Assembly (NCBI GenBank): GCA_001777015.1
Contig: MFCV01000039.1
Location: 1-53,632, forward strand
Length of the DNA: 53,632 nt
Reading direction: 5' to 3'
From: Candidatus Daviesbacteria bacterium RIFCSPHIGHO2_02_FULL_36_13
GTDB taxonomy: Bacteria > Patescibacteriota > Microgenomatia > Daviesbacterales > UBA10151
The notes beneath the pieces are model-generated. The model did not search any database and was not told the origin of the DNA. It was given only the letters and a program-made list of their open reading frames with translations. The stretch's first letter is position 1. Every line of letters begins with the position of its first letter. Below are positions 35,459 to 45,930 of this stretch, piece by piece. The translations under genes and the position numbers were made by a program.

Positions 35459-37044
35459 TAATTTTAGTTGATTTTGGGGGACAAACTGCACATCTTATCG
35501 GTAGAAGAATAAGAGAGCTTGGTGTGGATTGTTTAATAGTTTCACCAGATGAAGCTTTAGATAGAAGTAGGGATAAAAATCCAAAAGGGATTATATTTTC
35601 CGGTGGACCCGCCTCAGTTTATGAAAAAGATTCACCTACTATTGATGAGAAAATCTTTAACCTTGAAATTCCTATTTTAGGAATATGTTACGGTGAACAA
35701 TTAATAGCACATCTTTTAGAAGGAGAAGTGAAGTCGGGAAATAAAAAGGAATATGGACCTGCTGTTTTAAGTGGAGTAAATATTGATAAATCACAATTAC
35801 TTTCTGGACTACCCCAGGAATCTAATGTTTGGATGAGCCATGGGGATGAGGTAGTAAGAGAACCTGAGGGGTTTGAAACATATGGTGTAACAGCAACCAT
35901 CCCACATGCCGTAATAGAAAATAAGAGTAAAAAAATATATGCCATTCAATTTCATCCTGAAGTTGTACATACGCAGTTTGGTACACAAATTTTAGAAAAC
36001 TTTTTAAAGATTTGTGGAATTACTCCTAAGAAAGTAGAAATCAATGAAGACTATGTAAATAATCTGGTTAAAGATATTAAGGACTCAGTAGGAGATGAGA
36101 AAGCGATCTGTGCATTATCTGGTGGGGTTGATTCATCTGTTGCGGCTTTACTGGTTCACAAGGCCATTGGTGAAAATCTGGAATCTATTTATATCGATTC
36201 TGGTTTAATGAGAGAGGGTGAAACAGAAAACCTGGATCATGTTTTTAAAGAACACTACCAAATGAATGTCAAAATTGTAGATGCCAAAAAGGAATTTTTG
36301 AATGCATTAAAAGGGATTAGGGATCCTGAAGAAAAAAGGAAAGCTATTGGAAAAACTTTTATAGATTGTTTTGAGGCAGAGGCAGCTCGCCCCGCCTCCG
36401 GCGGTAAAAGCCTTGGTGCGAAGTTTCTGGTACAGGGAACAATATATCCTGATGTTATTGAAAGTGCTGGATCCAAGCATGCAAAGACAATGAGTATACC
36501 CAGTTCAGAAACTGGGGTATCCTCTTCTCACGCTGTGAGAATTAAGTCTCATCATAATGTTGGAGGACTTCCGGAAAATATGAATTTAGTACTTATAGAA
36601 CCTTTAAGAAATTTTTATAAAGATCAGGTTAGAAAGATTGGAGAAATCTTAGGGTTACCAGAATCTATAACAGAAAGACAACCATTTCCAGGACCTGGTC
36701 TTGCTGTCAGAATTATTGGAGAGGTAACTGAAGAAAAGTTAGATTTGTTAAAAAAGGCAGATAAAATTGTCACAGATGAACTAGATGGTATTAAACTTTG
36801 GCAAGCCTTTGCTGTTTTTACTGGAATTAAAACAACAGGAGTTAGGGGAGATGAAAGAGCATATGGGGAAACAATAGCAATTAGGGCAATTGAGGCAACA
36901 GATGCAATGAGTGCCAACTTTGCAAAATTGGATTATAAACTTCTAGATAAAATTTCAACAAGGATTGTCAATGAAATACCAGAAGTTAATAGAGTGGTTT
37001 ACGACATCACCAACAAACCCCCTGCCACTATGGAATGGGAATAG
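35455..37044 (+). CDS. guaA: GMP synthase (glutamine-hydrolysing)
   Basis: SGGP, GICYG, QFHPEV, SGGVDS, IKSHHNVGG, KPPATMEWE. Confidence 0.98.
   Translation: MIILVDFGGQTAHLIGRRIRELGVDCLIVSPDEALDRSRDKNPKGIIFSGGPASVYEKDSPTIDEKIFNLEIPILGICYGEQLIAHLLEGEVKSGNKKEYGPAVLSGVNIDKSQLLSGLPQESNVWMSHGDEVVREPEGFETYGVTATIPHAVIENKSKKIYAIQFHPEVVHTQFGTQILENFLKICGITPKKVEINEDYVNNLVKDIKDSVGDEKAICALSGGVDSSVAALLVHKAIGENLESIYIDSGLMREGETENLDHVFKEHYQMNVKIVDAKKEFLNALKGIRDPEEKRKAIGKTFIDCFEAEAARPASGGKSLGAKFLVQGTIYPDVIESAGSKHAKTMSIPSSETGVSSSHAVRIKSHHNVGGLPENMNLVLIEPLRNFYKDQVRKIGEILGLPESITERQPFPGPGLAVRIIGEVTEEKLDLLKKADKIVTDELDGIKLWQAFAVFTGIKTTGVRGDERAYGETIAIRAIEATDAMSANFAKLDYKLLDKISTRIVNEIPEVNRVVYDITNKPPATMEWE
36385..36405. 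repeat. GC hairpin in frame in guaA (encodes ARPASGG)
   Basis: CCGCC-TCC-GGCGG at 36392-36404 interrupts FEAEA|KSLGAKFL. Confidence 0.75.
36489..36542. repeat. Double-hairpin 51-nt in-frame insertion in guaA
   Basis: GAGTATACCCAGTT-CAGA-AACTGGGGTATCCTC followed by TTCTCAC-GCT-GTGAGAA, with AAT repeated 51 nt apart. Confidence 0.8.
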
Positions 37045-37060
37045 TTTAAAATAAAAGTAT

Positions 37061-37972
37061 ATGTCTGAGGCACCTGCAGGTACTAGTGAGGGAGTAAAAT
37101 ATCCACCTCTGAATGTAAGATATGAAGGAGAATTAACCCCTGAAAATGCACTTTTTAATATCGATGGAACTCTTTTAGCACAAGCTATACAAGAGAGTGG
37201 ATATTCTAGATCCGTAGTTTCTAATGTGGTAATTTCCAACAAAGCTGATACGGGAGAAATAGCTCATTTTAATGGCTATAAAAACGAAGTAGTTTTATAC
37301 CAGGATGAAGTGATAAAAAGCTTAAGAAGACATAGACAGGAAGAACAAGATGGATTAGATGCGGTATCAGAAAGCCCGAATAGATTAAAAGACTTTTTGT
37401 ACAGAGTGAGATATTTACTTAATCCAATGGAAGCCCCATATCAACAATTAAACAATAAAGGCAAATATTTACATATATATTCTGGTAATAGAGATAGAAG
37501 AAACCGATATAGAGATCAAGCTCAAGAAGGGTTTGAATTTAAAAAAGACGGTGAAACAGTTAAGCTTTCCCGCGAAGAATCTGTTGATCACGCAAAACAA
37601 TTATTTGACAGACTTTTAGAAAGAGCAGCACCGGGTATATTGGGTTGGGTGGTAGCTCATGAATTTGAACATAAACATCATCATGGTAGGAAATTATCAA
37701 TAAGGGTCGGATCTTTGCTTGTGCCTGGTTTTGGAGGATTTGTTGTGGGTTCAGCCGTAGGTACAGGTTTAGCTATTCCAGCTTTTGCCATGGGAGGAGC
37801 GCTTTTAGGATGGGTAGGTAGTATAGTGGGAATAAAAGCTGATGAAGAGGCATCTTTTGATGCTGGGGACAAAAACTTTGCTAAATTTGCCAAAGCAATT
37901 TCAATAAATCATGATGTTTTTAGAAGAGAAGTATTAGGCGGAGTATCAAAACCAGCTATTGCTAAAGGTTAA
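37061..37972 (+). CDS. Hypothetical membrane-associated protein with an HEXXH motif
   Basis: VVAHEFEH followed by Gly-rich hydrophobic helices and a downstream acidic DEE motif. Confidence 0.6.
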   Translation: MSEAPAGTSEGVKYPPLNVRYEGELTPENALFNIDGTLLAQAIQESGYSRSVVSNVVISNKADTGEIAHFNGYKNEVVLYQDEVIKSLRRHRQEEQDGLDAVSESPNRLKDFLYRVRYLLNPMEAPYQQLNNKGKYLHIYSGNRDRRNRYRDQAQEGFEFKKDGETVKLSREESVDHAKQLFDRLLERAAPGILGWVVAHEFEHKHHHGRKLSIRVGSLLVPGFGGFVVGSAVGTGLAIPAFAMGGALLGWVGSIVGIKADEEASFDAGDKNFAKFAKAISINHDVFRREVLGGVSKPAIAKG

Positions 37973-38010
37973 TGTATTCTTCTCTTTGAGGACTAATTAA
38001 AATAGCCTTA

Positions 38011-38048
38011 TTGACAATTTGTATTAATTATTCGAATAATTAATACAA
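38011..38048 (+). promoter_or_regulatory. Promoter overlapped by a perfect 30-bp palindrome (candidate operator)
   Basis: TTGACA at 38011, TTGTATTAATTATTC|GAATAATTAATACAA at 38019-38048, ATG at 38050. Confidence 0.75.
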
Positions 38049-38049
38049 G

Positions 38050-38508
38050 ATGGGAAGAATCTCCAGAAGAAGAATAGATCCGGAAATTGAAGAAAGAATT
38101 TTTGAAATATTTTGGGATTATTTAGCTACTTTAAAAAAACCAGAAGGTATTCATGAATTTTTAGTTAGTCTTCTGTCCTATACAGAACAAGTTATGTTTT
38201 CCAAAAGACTTGCAATAGCTGTACTTTTGACTAGGGGATACAACTATAGAGATATAGATGAAACATTAAAAGTTTCCACCTCAACAGTAGGTACTGTTCA
38301 TAAACAGTTATTAGTTGGTGCACCAGGGTACACGAAGGCAGTAAATAAAATTCTTACTAAGGAAAAAATAGAGAACGTTTTCAATACTTTAGATGAAATA
38401 CTTATAAAAATGTCTGGTCCTAAAAGATATGGTTCTTTAACTTGGGAGCAGAAAAGTAAGAGGGGTAAAGTTTTATCCAAACGCCAAAGAAAATTATCTG
38501 CTCTTTAA
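38050..38508 (+). CDS. TrpR-like (YerC/YecD) helix-turn-helix protein
   Basis: LLSYTEQVMFSKRLAIAVLL..G.NYRDIDETLKVSTSTVGTV pattern. Confidence 0.85.
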   Translation: MGRISRRRIDPEIEERIFEIFWDYLATLKKPEGIHEFLVSLLSYTEQVMFSKRLAIAVLLTRGYNYRDIDETLKVSTSTVGTVHKQLLVGAPGYTKAVNKILTKEKIENVFNTLDEILIKMSGPKRYGSLTWEQKSKRGKVLSKRQRKLSAL

Positions 38509-38510
38509 TT

Positions 38511-38528
38511 CGACTATTCGAATAATCG
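38511..38528. repeat. Second palindrome downstream of the TrpR-like gene
   Basis: CGACTATTCGAATAATCG shares TATTCGAATAAT with 38029-38040. Confidence 0.7.
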
Positions 38529-38540
38529 CTACAAGCACAG

Positions 38541-40309
<1,769 letters not shown>

Positions 40310-40320
40310 TTAGCAAGTAT

Positions 40321-40349
40321 TTGACTTAAATTCAATAATTTAATATAAT
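40321..40349 (+). promoter_or_regulatory. purP operon promoter (apparently leaderless)
   Basis: TTGACT-17 nt-TATAAT, ATG 5 nt later. Confidence 0.75.
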
Positions 40350-40354
40350 GAATT

Positions 40355-41371
40355 ATGGGATACTTGAAAAACACAATTGTAACGCTTGGATCTCACTCTG
40401 CCCTGCAAATCCTCAAAGGGGCAAAAGATGAGGGTTTTAAAACTTTAGTTGTTTGTACTCCTGATAGAGAAAGACTTTATTCTTCATACACAAATTTTAT
40501 TGATGAAATTATAATAATAAATAAGTGGTCTGATTTTCCAAAATTAGAAAAACAACTCCTTAAAAAAGACTGCATAATTATTCCCCATGGATCCTTTGTG
40601 GCATATCTTGGGATGGATGAAAATAAGAAAATGAAGGTTCCATATTTTGGTAACAAAAAAGTTTTAGATTGGGAAGAAAACAGGAAAATGCAAAGGGAAT
40701 GGATGGAAAAATCAGGCATTAAAGTTCCCAGGAGATTTAAAAAGGGAGATAAGATAGATAGGTCAGTTATTGTTAAGTCCTACGGAGCTGCTGGAGGAAA
40801 AGGATATTTTACTGCCAGAAATCAAAAAGAATTAGACGCAAAATTAAAAACTTTTTCCGAGGAGCGGTTTATGGTTCAGGAATATGTTATTGGAGTTCCT
40901 GTTTATTTTCATTTCTTTTATTCACCTTTAACTAAAAAGGTAGAACTTATGAGTGTTGATAAAAGATATGAAACAAATGTTGATTCTTTGGGTAGAATCC
41001 CTGCTAAAAATCAAAGAGGATTAAATATAGAGCCGTCATTTGAGGTTGTTGCCAATATTCCAATGGCTGTAAGGGAATCAATGATCGCAGTGGCAGTGGA
41101 GATGGCAGAAAGGGTTGTTAAAACTTCACAAAAGCTAATAGATTCTAAAGGGCTTTTTGGGCCATTTTGTTTAGAAACTATTATTACCTCTACTGAAGAG
41201 ATTTATGTGATAGAAATTTCTGCCAGGATTGTGGCAGGAACAAACTTTTTTATTAATGGTTCACCCTATACATATCTACTTTATGATGAACCAATGTCTA
41301 CTGGCAGAAGAATTGCCAGAGAGATTAAAGATGCAATTTCTAAAAATAAACTTAAGGAGGTATTGGATTAA
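40355..41371 (+). CDS. purP: Archaeal-type formate-dependent AICAR ligase PurP (ATP-grasp)
   Basis: LGSHSALQILKGAKDEGF, IPHGSFVAY, GGKGYF, RESM, EISARIVAGTN, MSTGRRIA. Confidence 0.9.
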   Translation: MGYLKNTIVTLGSHSALQILKGAKDEGFKTLVVCTPDRERLYSSYTNFIDEIIIINKWSDFPKLEKQLLKKDCIIIPHGSFVAYLGMDENKKMKVPYFGNKKVLDWEENRKMQREWMEKSGIKVPRRFKKGDKIDRSVIVKSYGAAGGKGYFTARNQKELDAKLKTFSEERFMVQEYVIGVPVYFHFFYSPLTKKVELMSVDKRYETNVDSLGRIPAKNQRGLNIEPSFEVVANIPMAVRESMIAVAVEMAERVVKTSQKLIDSKGLFGPFCLETIITSTEEIYVIEISARIVAGTNFFINGSPYTYLLYDEPMSTGRRIAREIKDAISKNKLKEVLD

Positions 41372-41372
41372 A

Positions 41373-42455
41373 ATGAAAAACTACACCATTGCAGTTCTAG
41401 GTTCTCACTCAGCCTTAGATGTATGCCGCGGTGCCAAAGATCTTGGTTTCAAGACTTTGGTTATTTGTAAAAAAGGAAGAGAAAAAACTTATAAAGATTA
41501 TTATGCATCAAACGGGGAAATGGGTTGCGTTGATGAAGTAATAGTACTGGATGATTTCAAAGAGATTTTAAGTGAAAAGATTCAAAAAGAACTTCTAAAA
41601 AGAAATTCCATATTCATTCCTCACAGATCATTCGAAGTTTACATTAATGATTATAATGCCATTGAAAATAAATTTAAGGTTCCTATGTTTGGCAATAAGT
41701 TTTTATTAAGATTTGAAGAAAGAGATGAAAAACCAAACCAATATGATTTATTGGCAAAGGCTGGAATTAAGACACCAAAGACTTTTAAAAATCCAAAAGA
41801 TATAGACAGGTTAGTTATTGTAAAAGTTTTAGAAAAGGAAAGAGGATTTGAGAGAGCATTCTTTTTTGCAGAATCTTACGGCGAGTATGAGATTGGGGTA
41901 AAGCATGGATTGGGTGTTGGCAAATTTACAGAGCAGCAAATTGAATCAGCTGTTATTGAAGAGTTTATTGTTGGAGTACAAGCTAATTTTAATTTCTTTT
42001 ATTCCCCGATGAATAAAAGATTAGAATTAATTGGTACTGATACAAGGAGACAGACTAATATTGAAGGCTTAACTAAATTGCCATCCATTTATGAAGAAGA
42101 AGTTATGAAAAAAATCGGAGTTAAATATGAGGAGGCAGGACATATTGCTGTAACAGTTTTGGAATCTCTTCTGGAGGATGCTTTTGATATGGGCGAAAAA
42201 TTTGTAGAAGCATGTGAGAAATTAAGAGTTCCAGTCATAGGCCCGTTTGGTTTACAAACTGTTATTACAGCAGGTCCTCCAAAGAAAGAGATAATTGTAT
42301 TTGATGTTTCACCTCGAATGCCAGGATCTCCCGGAATTTTCTCAACACCATATTCTGGATATTTATATGGACAAAATATTTCTATGGGAAAAAGAGTGGT
42401 TATGGAAATTAAAGAAGCTATTGAGAAAAATCAGTTAGGAAAGGTTTTAACCTAA
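41373..42455 (+). CDS. purP: Second PurP-like ATP-grasp paralog
   Basis: LGSHSALDVCRGAKDLGF, IPHRSF, ERAFF, DVSPRMPG. Start at ATG 41373, just after the upstream stop. Confidence 0.85.
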   Translation: MKNYTIAVLGSHSALDVCRGAKDLGFKTLVICKKGREKTYKDYYASNGEMGCVDEVIVLDDFKEILSEKIQKELLKRNSIFIPHRSFEVYINDYNAIENKFKVPMFGNKFLLRFEERDEKPNQYDLLAKAGIKTPKTFKNPKDIDRLVIVKVLEKERGFERAFFFAESYGEYEIGVKHGLGVGKFTEQQIESAVIEEFIVGVQANFNFFYSPMNKRLELIGTDTRRQTNIEGLTKLPSIYEEEVMKKIGVKYEEAGHIAVTVLESLLEDAFDMGEKFVEACEKLRVPVIGPFGLQTVITAGPPKKEIIVFDVSPRMPGSPGIFSTPYSGYLYGQNISMGKRVVMEIKEAIEKNQLGKVLT

Positions 42456-42456
42456 G

Positions 42457-43989
42457 ATGAGTAACCGATATGCTCTTCTGTCAGTTTATGATAAAACAGG
42501 CATTTCGGATTTTGCAAAAACCCTAGTCAAAAATGGCTTTAAAATTATTTCCACAGGTGGAACATTTGAAGAACTGAAGAAAAATGGAATTGATGTAACT
42601 CCCATAGAAGAAGTAACCGGAAATCCAAGAGATTCATTTGATGGCAGAATGAAAACCATCAGTTTTCAAATAGAATCAGGAATTTTATTTGATAGAAAAA
42701 ATAAATCCCATGTTAATCAGGCAGAAAAATTAAACATTCCCCAAATTGATGTGGTGGTTTGCAATCTTTATCCATTTGAGGAAAAGCCGGGAGTTGAAAC
42801 AATTGATGTTGGTGGACCGACCATGATTAGGTCTGCTGCCAAAAATCACGAAAGTGTTTTGGTGGTGGTGGATCCTGAAGATTATAAAAAAATTGGGAAG
42901 TTGATGGAAGATGGAAAATTGGATGGGACTTTAAGAAAAGAATTGGCTGGAAAAGCCTTTTATCATCTGTCACTGTATGATTCCTTAATTGGAAATTATT
43001 TTTCAGATGATAGATTTCCAAAAGAGTTGACTGTTCCTATCAGAAAAGTCAGTGACTTAAGATATGGAGAAAATCCACACCAAAAAGGATCATTTTATAT
43101 AATGCCCAAAACAAATTCACCACTTTCTAGATTAAAAAAACTTTGGGGAAGAGACTTATCCGGGACAAATATTGGAGATATTTATTCAGGGCTAGAAACT
43201 GTCAGACAATTTAAAGAACCCTCCGCAGCTGTTATAAAACATTTAAGCCCTTGTGGAATTGCTATTGGAAAAAATGCACAGGAAGCTTTGGATAGAGCTA
43301 TTAAGGCAGATCCGGTTTCTGCATTCGGGGGCGTCATTGTTTTAAACAGGGAAATGGATTTGGCTACTGCCAAGATTGTGGCGGCTTTTAAGGAGGAAAG
43401 CGAAAGCAACATAGATATTGTGGCAGTACCTTCTGTTAGTGACGACGCTTTAGACCTTTTAAAGAAAACCAGAAAAAGTATGGGTGTTTATACATTTAAT
43501 GAAATTCCAGAAAATAGATCTGAAAATTGGGACCTAAAATATTTTGCAGGTGGAATATTATTGCAGGATTTTGATGACAATATTGAGGAAAGCTATAAGG
43601 ATTGGAAAGTGGTGACAAAAGTTAAGCCTAATAAAAAACAATTAGAACAAATGAAATTTGGAATAAAGTGTGTCAAGAGTGTTAAATCAAATTCAGTATT
43701 GGTTGTAGATAAAGAAATTCCAATGACCCGCGGAATTGGATCTGGTCAAACATCAAGAGTTGGGGCTACAAAAATTGCTTTAGAGCAGGCAGGAGAATTT
43801 AATAATAGTGGAATTTTAATTTCTGATAGTTTTTTCCCTTTTGATGACAGTGTAAATTTAGCTGCACATTATGGCATAGCCGCCATTTTAGAGCAGGGTG
43901 GATCTGTTAACGATAAACTTTCAATTAAGGCCGCAGACAAAGCAGGTATTGCTATGGTATTCTCAGGAAGGAGATCATTTAGACATTAA
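42457..43989 (+). CDS. purH: Bifunctional AICAR transformylase/IMP cyclohydrolase
   Basis: LSVYDKTG, STGGT, GRMKT, IDVGGPTM, LRYGENPHQ, KHLSPCG, SDSFFPF, RSFRH. Confidence 0.96.
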   Translation: MSNRYALLSVYDKTGISDFAKTLVKNGFKIISTGGTFEELKKNGIDVTPIEEVTGNPRDSFDGRMKTISFQIESGILFDRKNKSHVNQAEKLNIPQIDVVVCNLYPFEEKPGVETIDVGGPTMIRSAAKNHESVLVVVDPEDYKKIGKLMEDGKLDGTLRKELAGKAFYHLSLYDSLIGNYFSDDRFPKELTVPIRKVSDLRYGENPHQKGSFYIMPKTNSPLSRLKKLWGRDLSGTNIGDIYSGLETVRQFKEPSAAVIKHLSPCGIAIGKNAQEALDRAIKADPVSAFGGVIVLNREMDLATAKIVAAFKEESESNIDIVAVPSVSDDALDLLKKTRKSMGVYTFNEIPENRSENWDLKYFAGGILLQDFDDNIEESYKDWKVVTKVKPNKKQLEQMKFGIKCVKSVKSNSVLVVDKEIPMTRGIGSGQTSRVGATKIALEQAGEFNNSGILISDSFFPFDDSVNLAAHYGIAAILEQGGSVNDKLSIKAADKAGIAMVFSGRRSFRH

Positions 43990-43992
43990 TAT

Positions 43993-45384
43993 ATGAAAGA
44001 CTATTCAAGATATACAAGCCCTTTTTCTTGGAGATATGGATCTGATGAAATGAGAACCATATTCTCAGAGGAAAATAAATATAAGCTTTGGAGAAAAATC
44101 TGGGTGGAGTTGGCATCTGCTCAGCATAAGCAAGGCTTAGTTTCTAAAGAAGAATTGTCTGATTTAGAAAAACATCAAGAAAACCTTGATATAGAAAGAA
44201 TTTGGGAAATTGAAAAAGATACCAGACACGATGTTGTTGCCGCTATTAAGGAATTTGCAGAAAAAGCAAAAATTGGGGGAGGAAAAATTCATCTGGGAGC
44301 AACCTCCATGGACATTAATGATAATGCAGAAACAATCAGAATTTCTGAAGCCCTTAGTTTGGTGGAAAAAGAGCTAGTTAATTTACTGAAAACCTTTGGT
44401 AAACAGATTGAAAAATATTCGGACTTTACTTGTATGGGTTATACTCATCTTCAAACAGCAGAGCCCACAACTTTAGGATATAGATTTAGCTTTACTGCCC
44501 AGGATTTATTAATGGATTTGGAACAATTGGAATTTGTTAAAAAGAATTTAAAAGCTAAGGGTATGAAAGGTGCAGTTGGAACATCTGCTTCGTATGTAAA
44601 ACTTTTGGATGCTCAGGGTGCTGAAGAAATGGAAAAGATAGTAATGGATAGTTTGGGAATTCAGGCAATTGATATTGCCAATCAAACATACCCAAGAAAA
44701 ATTGATTTATTAGTTTCTAATCTTCTTTCTTCTATTGCGCAAAGTTTAAATAAATTTGCTTTTGATTTAAGAATAATGCAGTCAACAAATTTTGGAGAGT
44801 GGCAGGAGCCATTCGGTAGTCTTCAGGTTGGTTCCTCCGCCATGCCCTTTAAGAAAAATCCAATCAAGAGTGAACAGATTTGTTCACTTTCCAGACTGGT
44901 TGTAAATTTAGGAAGAACTTCTTGGGATAATGCATCCAATATGTTGCTTGAAAGGACTTTGGATGATTCTGCAAATAGAAGAATAGCAATTCCTGAAATG
45001 TTTTTAAGCATAGATGAGATGCTTACCTCTACTAATAATATTGTTGAAGGATTAATTATTAATGAAAAGAGAATTCATAAAAATCTAGAAACATATTTTC
45101 CATTTTCAGCATCCGAAGGAATAATAATTGAGGCAGTCAAAAAAGGTGCTGATAGACAAATGATGCATGAGGTATTACGTGAGATTTCTATGAAAGCTTG
45201 GGAGGCAATACAAGATGGGGAGGGAAATCCCATGGAAGATTTAATAATGAGCAATCAAGAGATTGGTAAATATTTAAGTAGTGAAGAAATACTAAAACTC
45301 ATGGATGCAAAGAATCATACTGGTAGTGCACAAAGTAAAGCTTTGACAATTGCCAAAAAAATTGGTAACTTAAAAAGCCTATAA
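43993..45384 (+). CDS. purB: Adenylosuccinate lyase
   Basis: RHDV, HLGATS, GYTHLQ, GSSAMPFKKNP, ERTLDDSA. Confidence 0.96.
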   Translation: MKDYSRYTSPFSWRYGSDEMRTIFSEENKYKLWRKIWVELASAQHKQGLVSKEELSDLEKHQENLDIERIWEIEKDTRHDVVAAIKEFAEKAKIGGGKIHLGATSMDINDNAETIRISEALSLVEKELVNLLKTFGKQIEKYSDFTCMGYTHLQTAEPTTLGYRFSFTAQDLLMDLEQLEFVKKNLKAKGMKGAVGTSASYVKLLDAQGAEEMEKIVMDSLGIQAIDIANQTYPRKIDLLVSNLLSSIAQSLNKFAFDLRIMQSTNFGEWQEPFGSLQVGSSAMPFKKNPIKSEQICSLSRLVVNLGRTSWDNASNMLLERTLDDSANRRIAIPEMFLSIDEMLTSTNNIVEGLIINEKRIHKNLETYFPFSASEGIIIEAVKKGADRQMMHEVLREISMKAWEAIQDGEGNPMEDLIMSNQEIGKYLSSEEILKLMDAKNHTGSAQSKALTIAKKIGNLKSL

Positions 45385-45418
45385 GCAAAGCTTGAAATTT
45401 TATATAATAAAATTATGA
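45380..45418. repeat. Degenerate TAAGC-family element forming the purB-purE spacer
   Basis: TATAAGCAAAGCTTGA-AATTTTAT-ATA-ATAAAATT-ATGA. First 18 nt match the proS copy at 17/18. Confidence 0.55.
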
Positions 45419-45930
45419 AAAAAGTCGTCATCATCTCTGCATCAGATTCAGAACTAGAAATAATGAATGAGGTAAGGAAAATATTGGATGAGTTTGGAGT
45501 AGAAAGTGAAATAACAATTTCTTCTGCACACAGATCACCTGAAAGAACAAAAGAAATTGTAGTAGATGCACAAACTAGTGGAGTAAAAGTAATAATTTGT
45601 GGGGCAGGACTTGCTGCACATTTAGCAGGAGTGGTAGCGGCTCACTTTCCTTTGCCTGTTATTGGAATTCCTTTGGGAGGCGGACCTCTTAAAGGTCAGG
45701 ATGCTCTGTTGGCAACACTTCAAATGCCATCAGGTATTCCTGTGGCAACAGTAGGGATAGATAATGCCAAAAATGCCGGACTTTTAGCTGTGCAGATTTT
45801 AGCAACCTCAGATCCCGCTTTAGAGAAAAAAATGGTAGATTATAAAAATAAACTTTCAATTAGTATAGAAGAAAAAGCTGCAAAGCTTCAAGAATTAGGG
45901 GTTGAAGGGTATCTGTCCAGCAAGAAATGA
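45415..45930 (+). CDS. purE: N5-CAIR mutase (class I PurE)
   Basis: SAHRSP, GAGLAAHLAG, PVIGIP, QMPSGIPVATV. Confidence 0.97.
   Translation: MKKVVIISASDSELEIMNEVRKILDEFGVESEITISSAHRSPERTKEIVVDAQTSGVKVIICGAGLAAHLAGVVAAHFPLPVIGIPLGGGPLKGQDALLATLQMPSGIPVATVGIDNAKNAGLLAVQILATSDPALEKKMVDYKNKLSISIEEKAAKLQELGVEGYLSSKK

Noticed and set aside
41229-41372. Long N-terminal extension of the second PurP (similar cases: folA 1921, dnaX 11254, 22238, 51414)
   Set aside because: These extensions overlap upstream genes or promoters; homology or the signal peptide starts at the downstream ATG.
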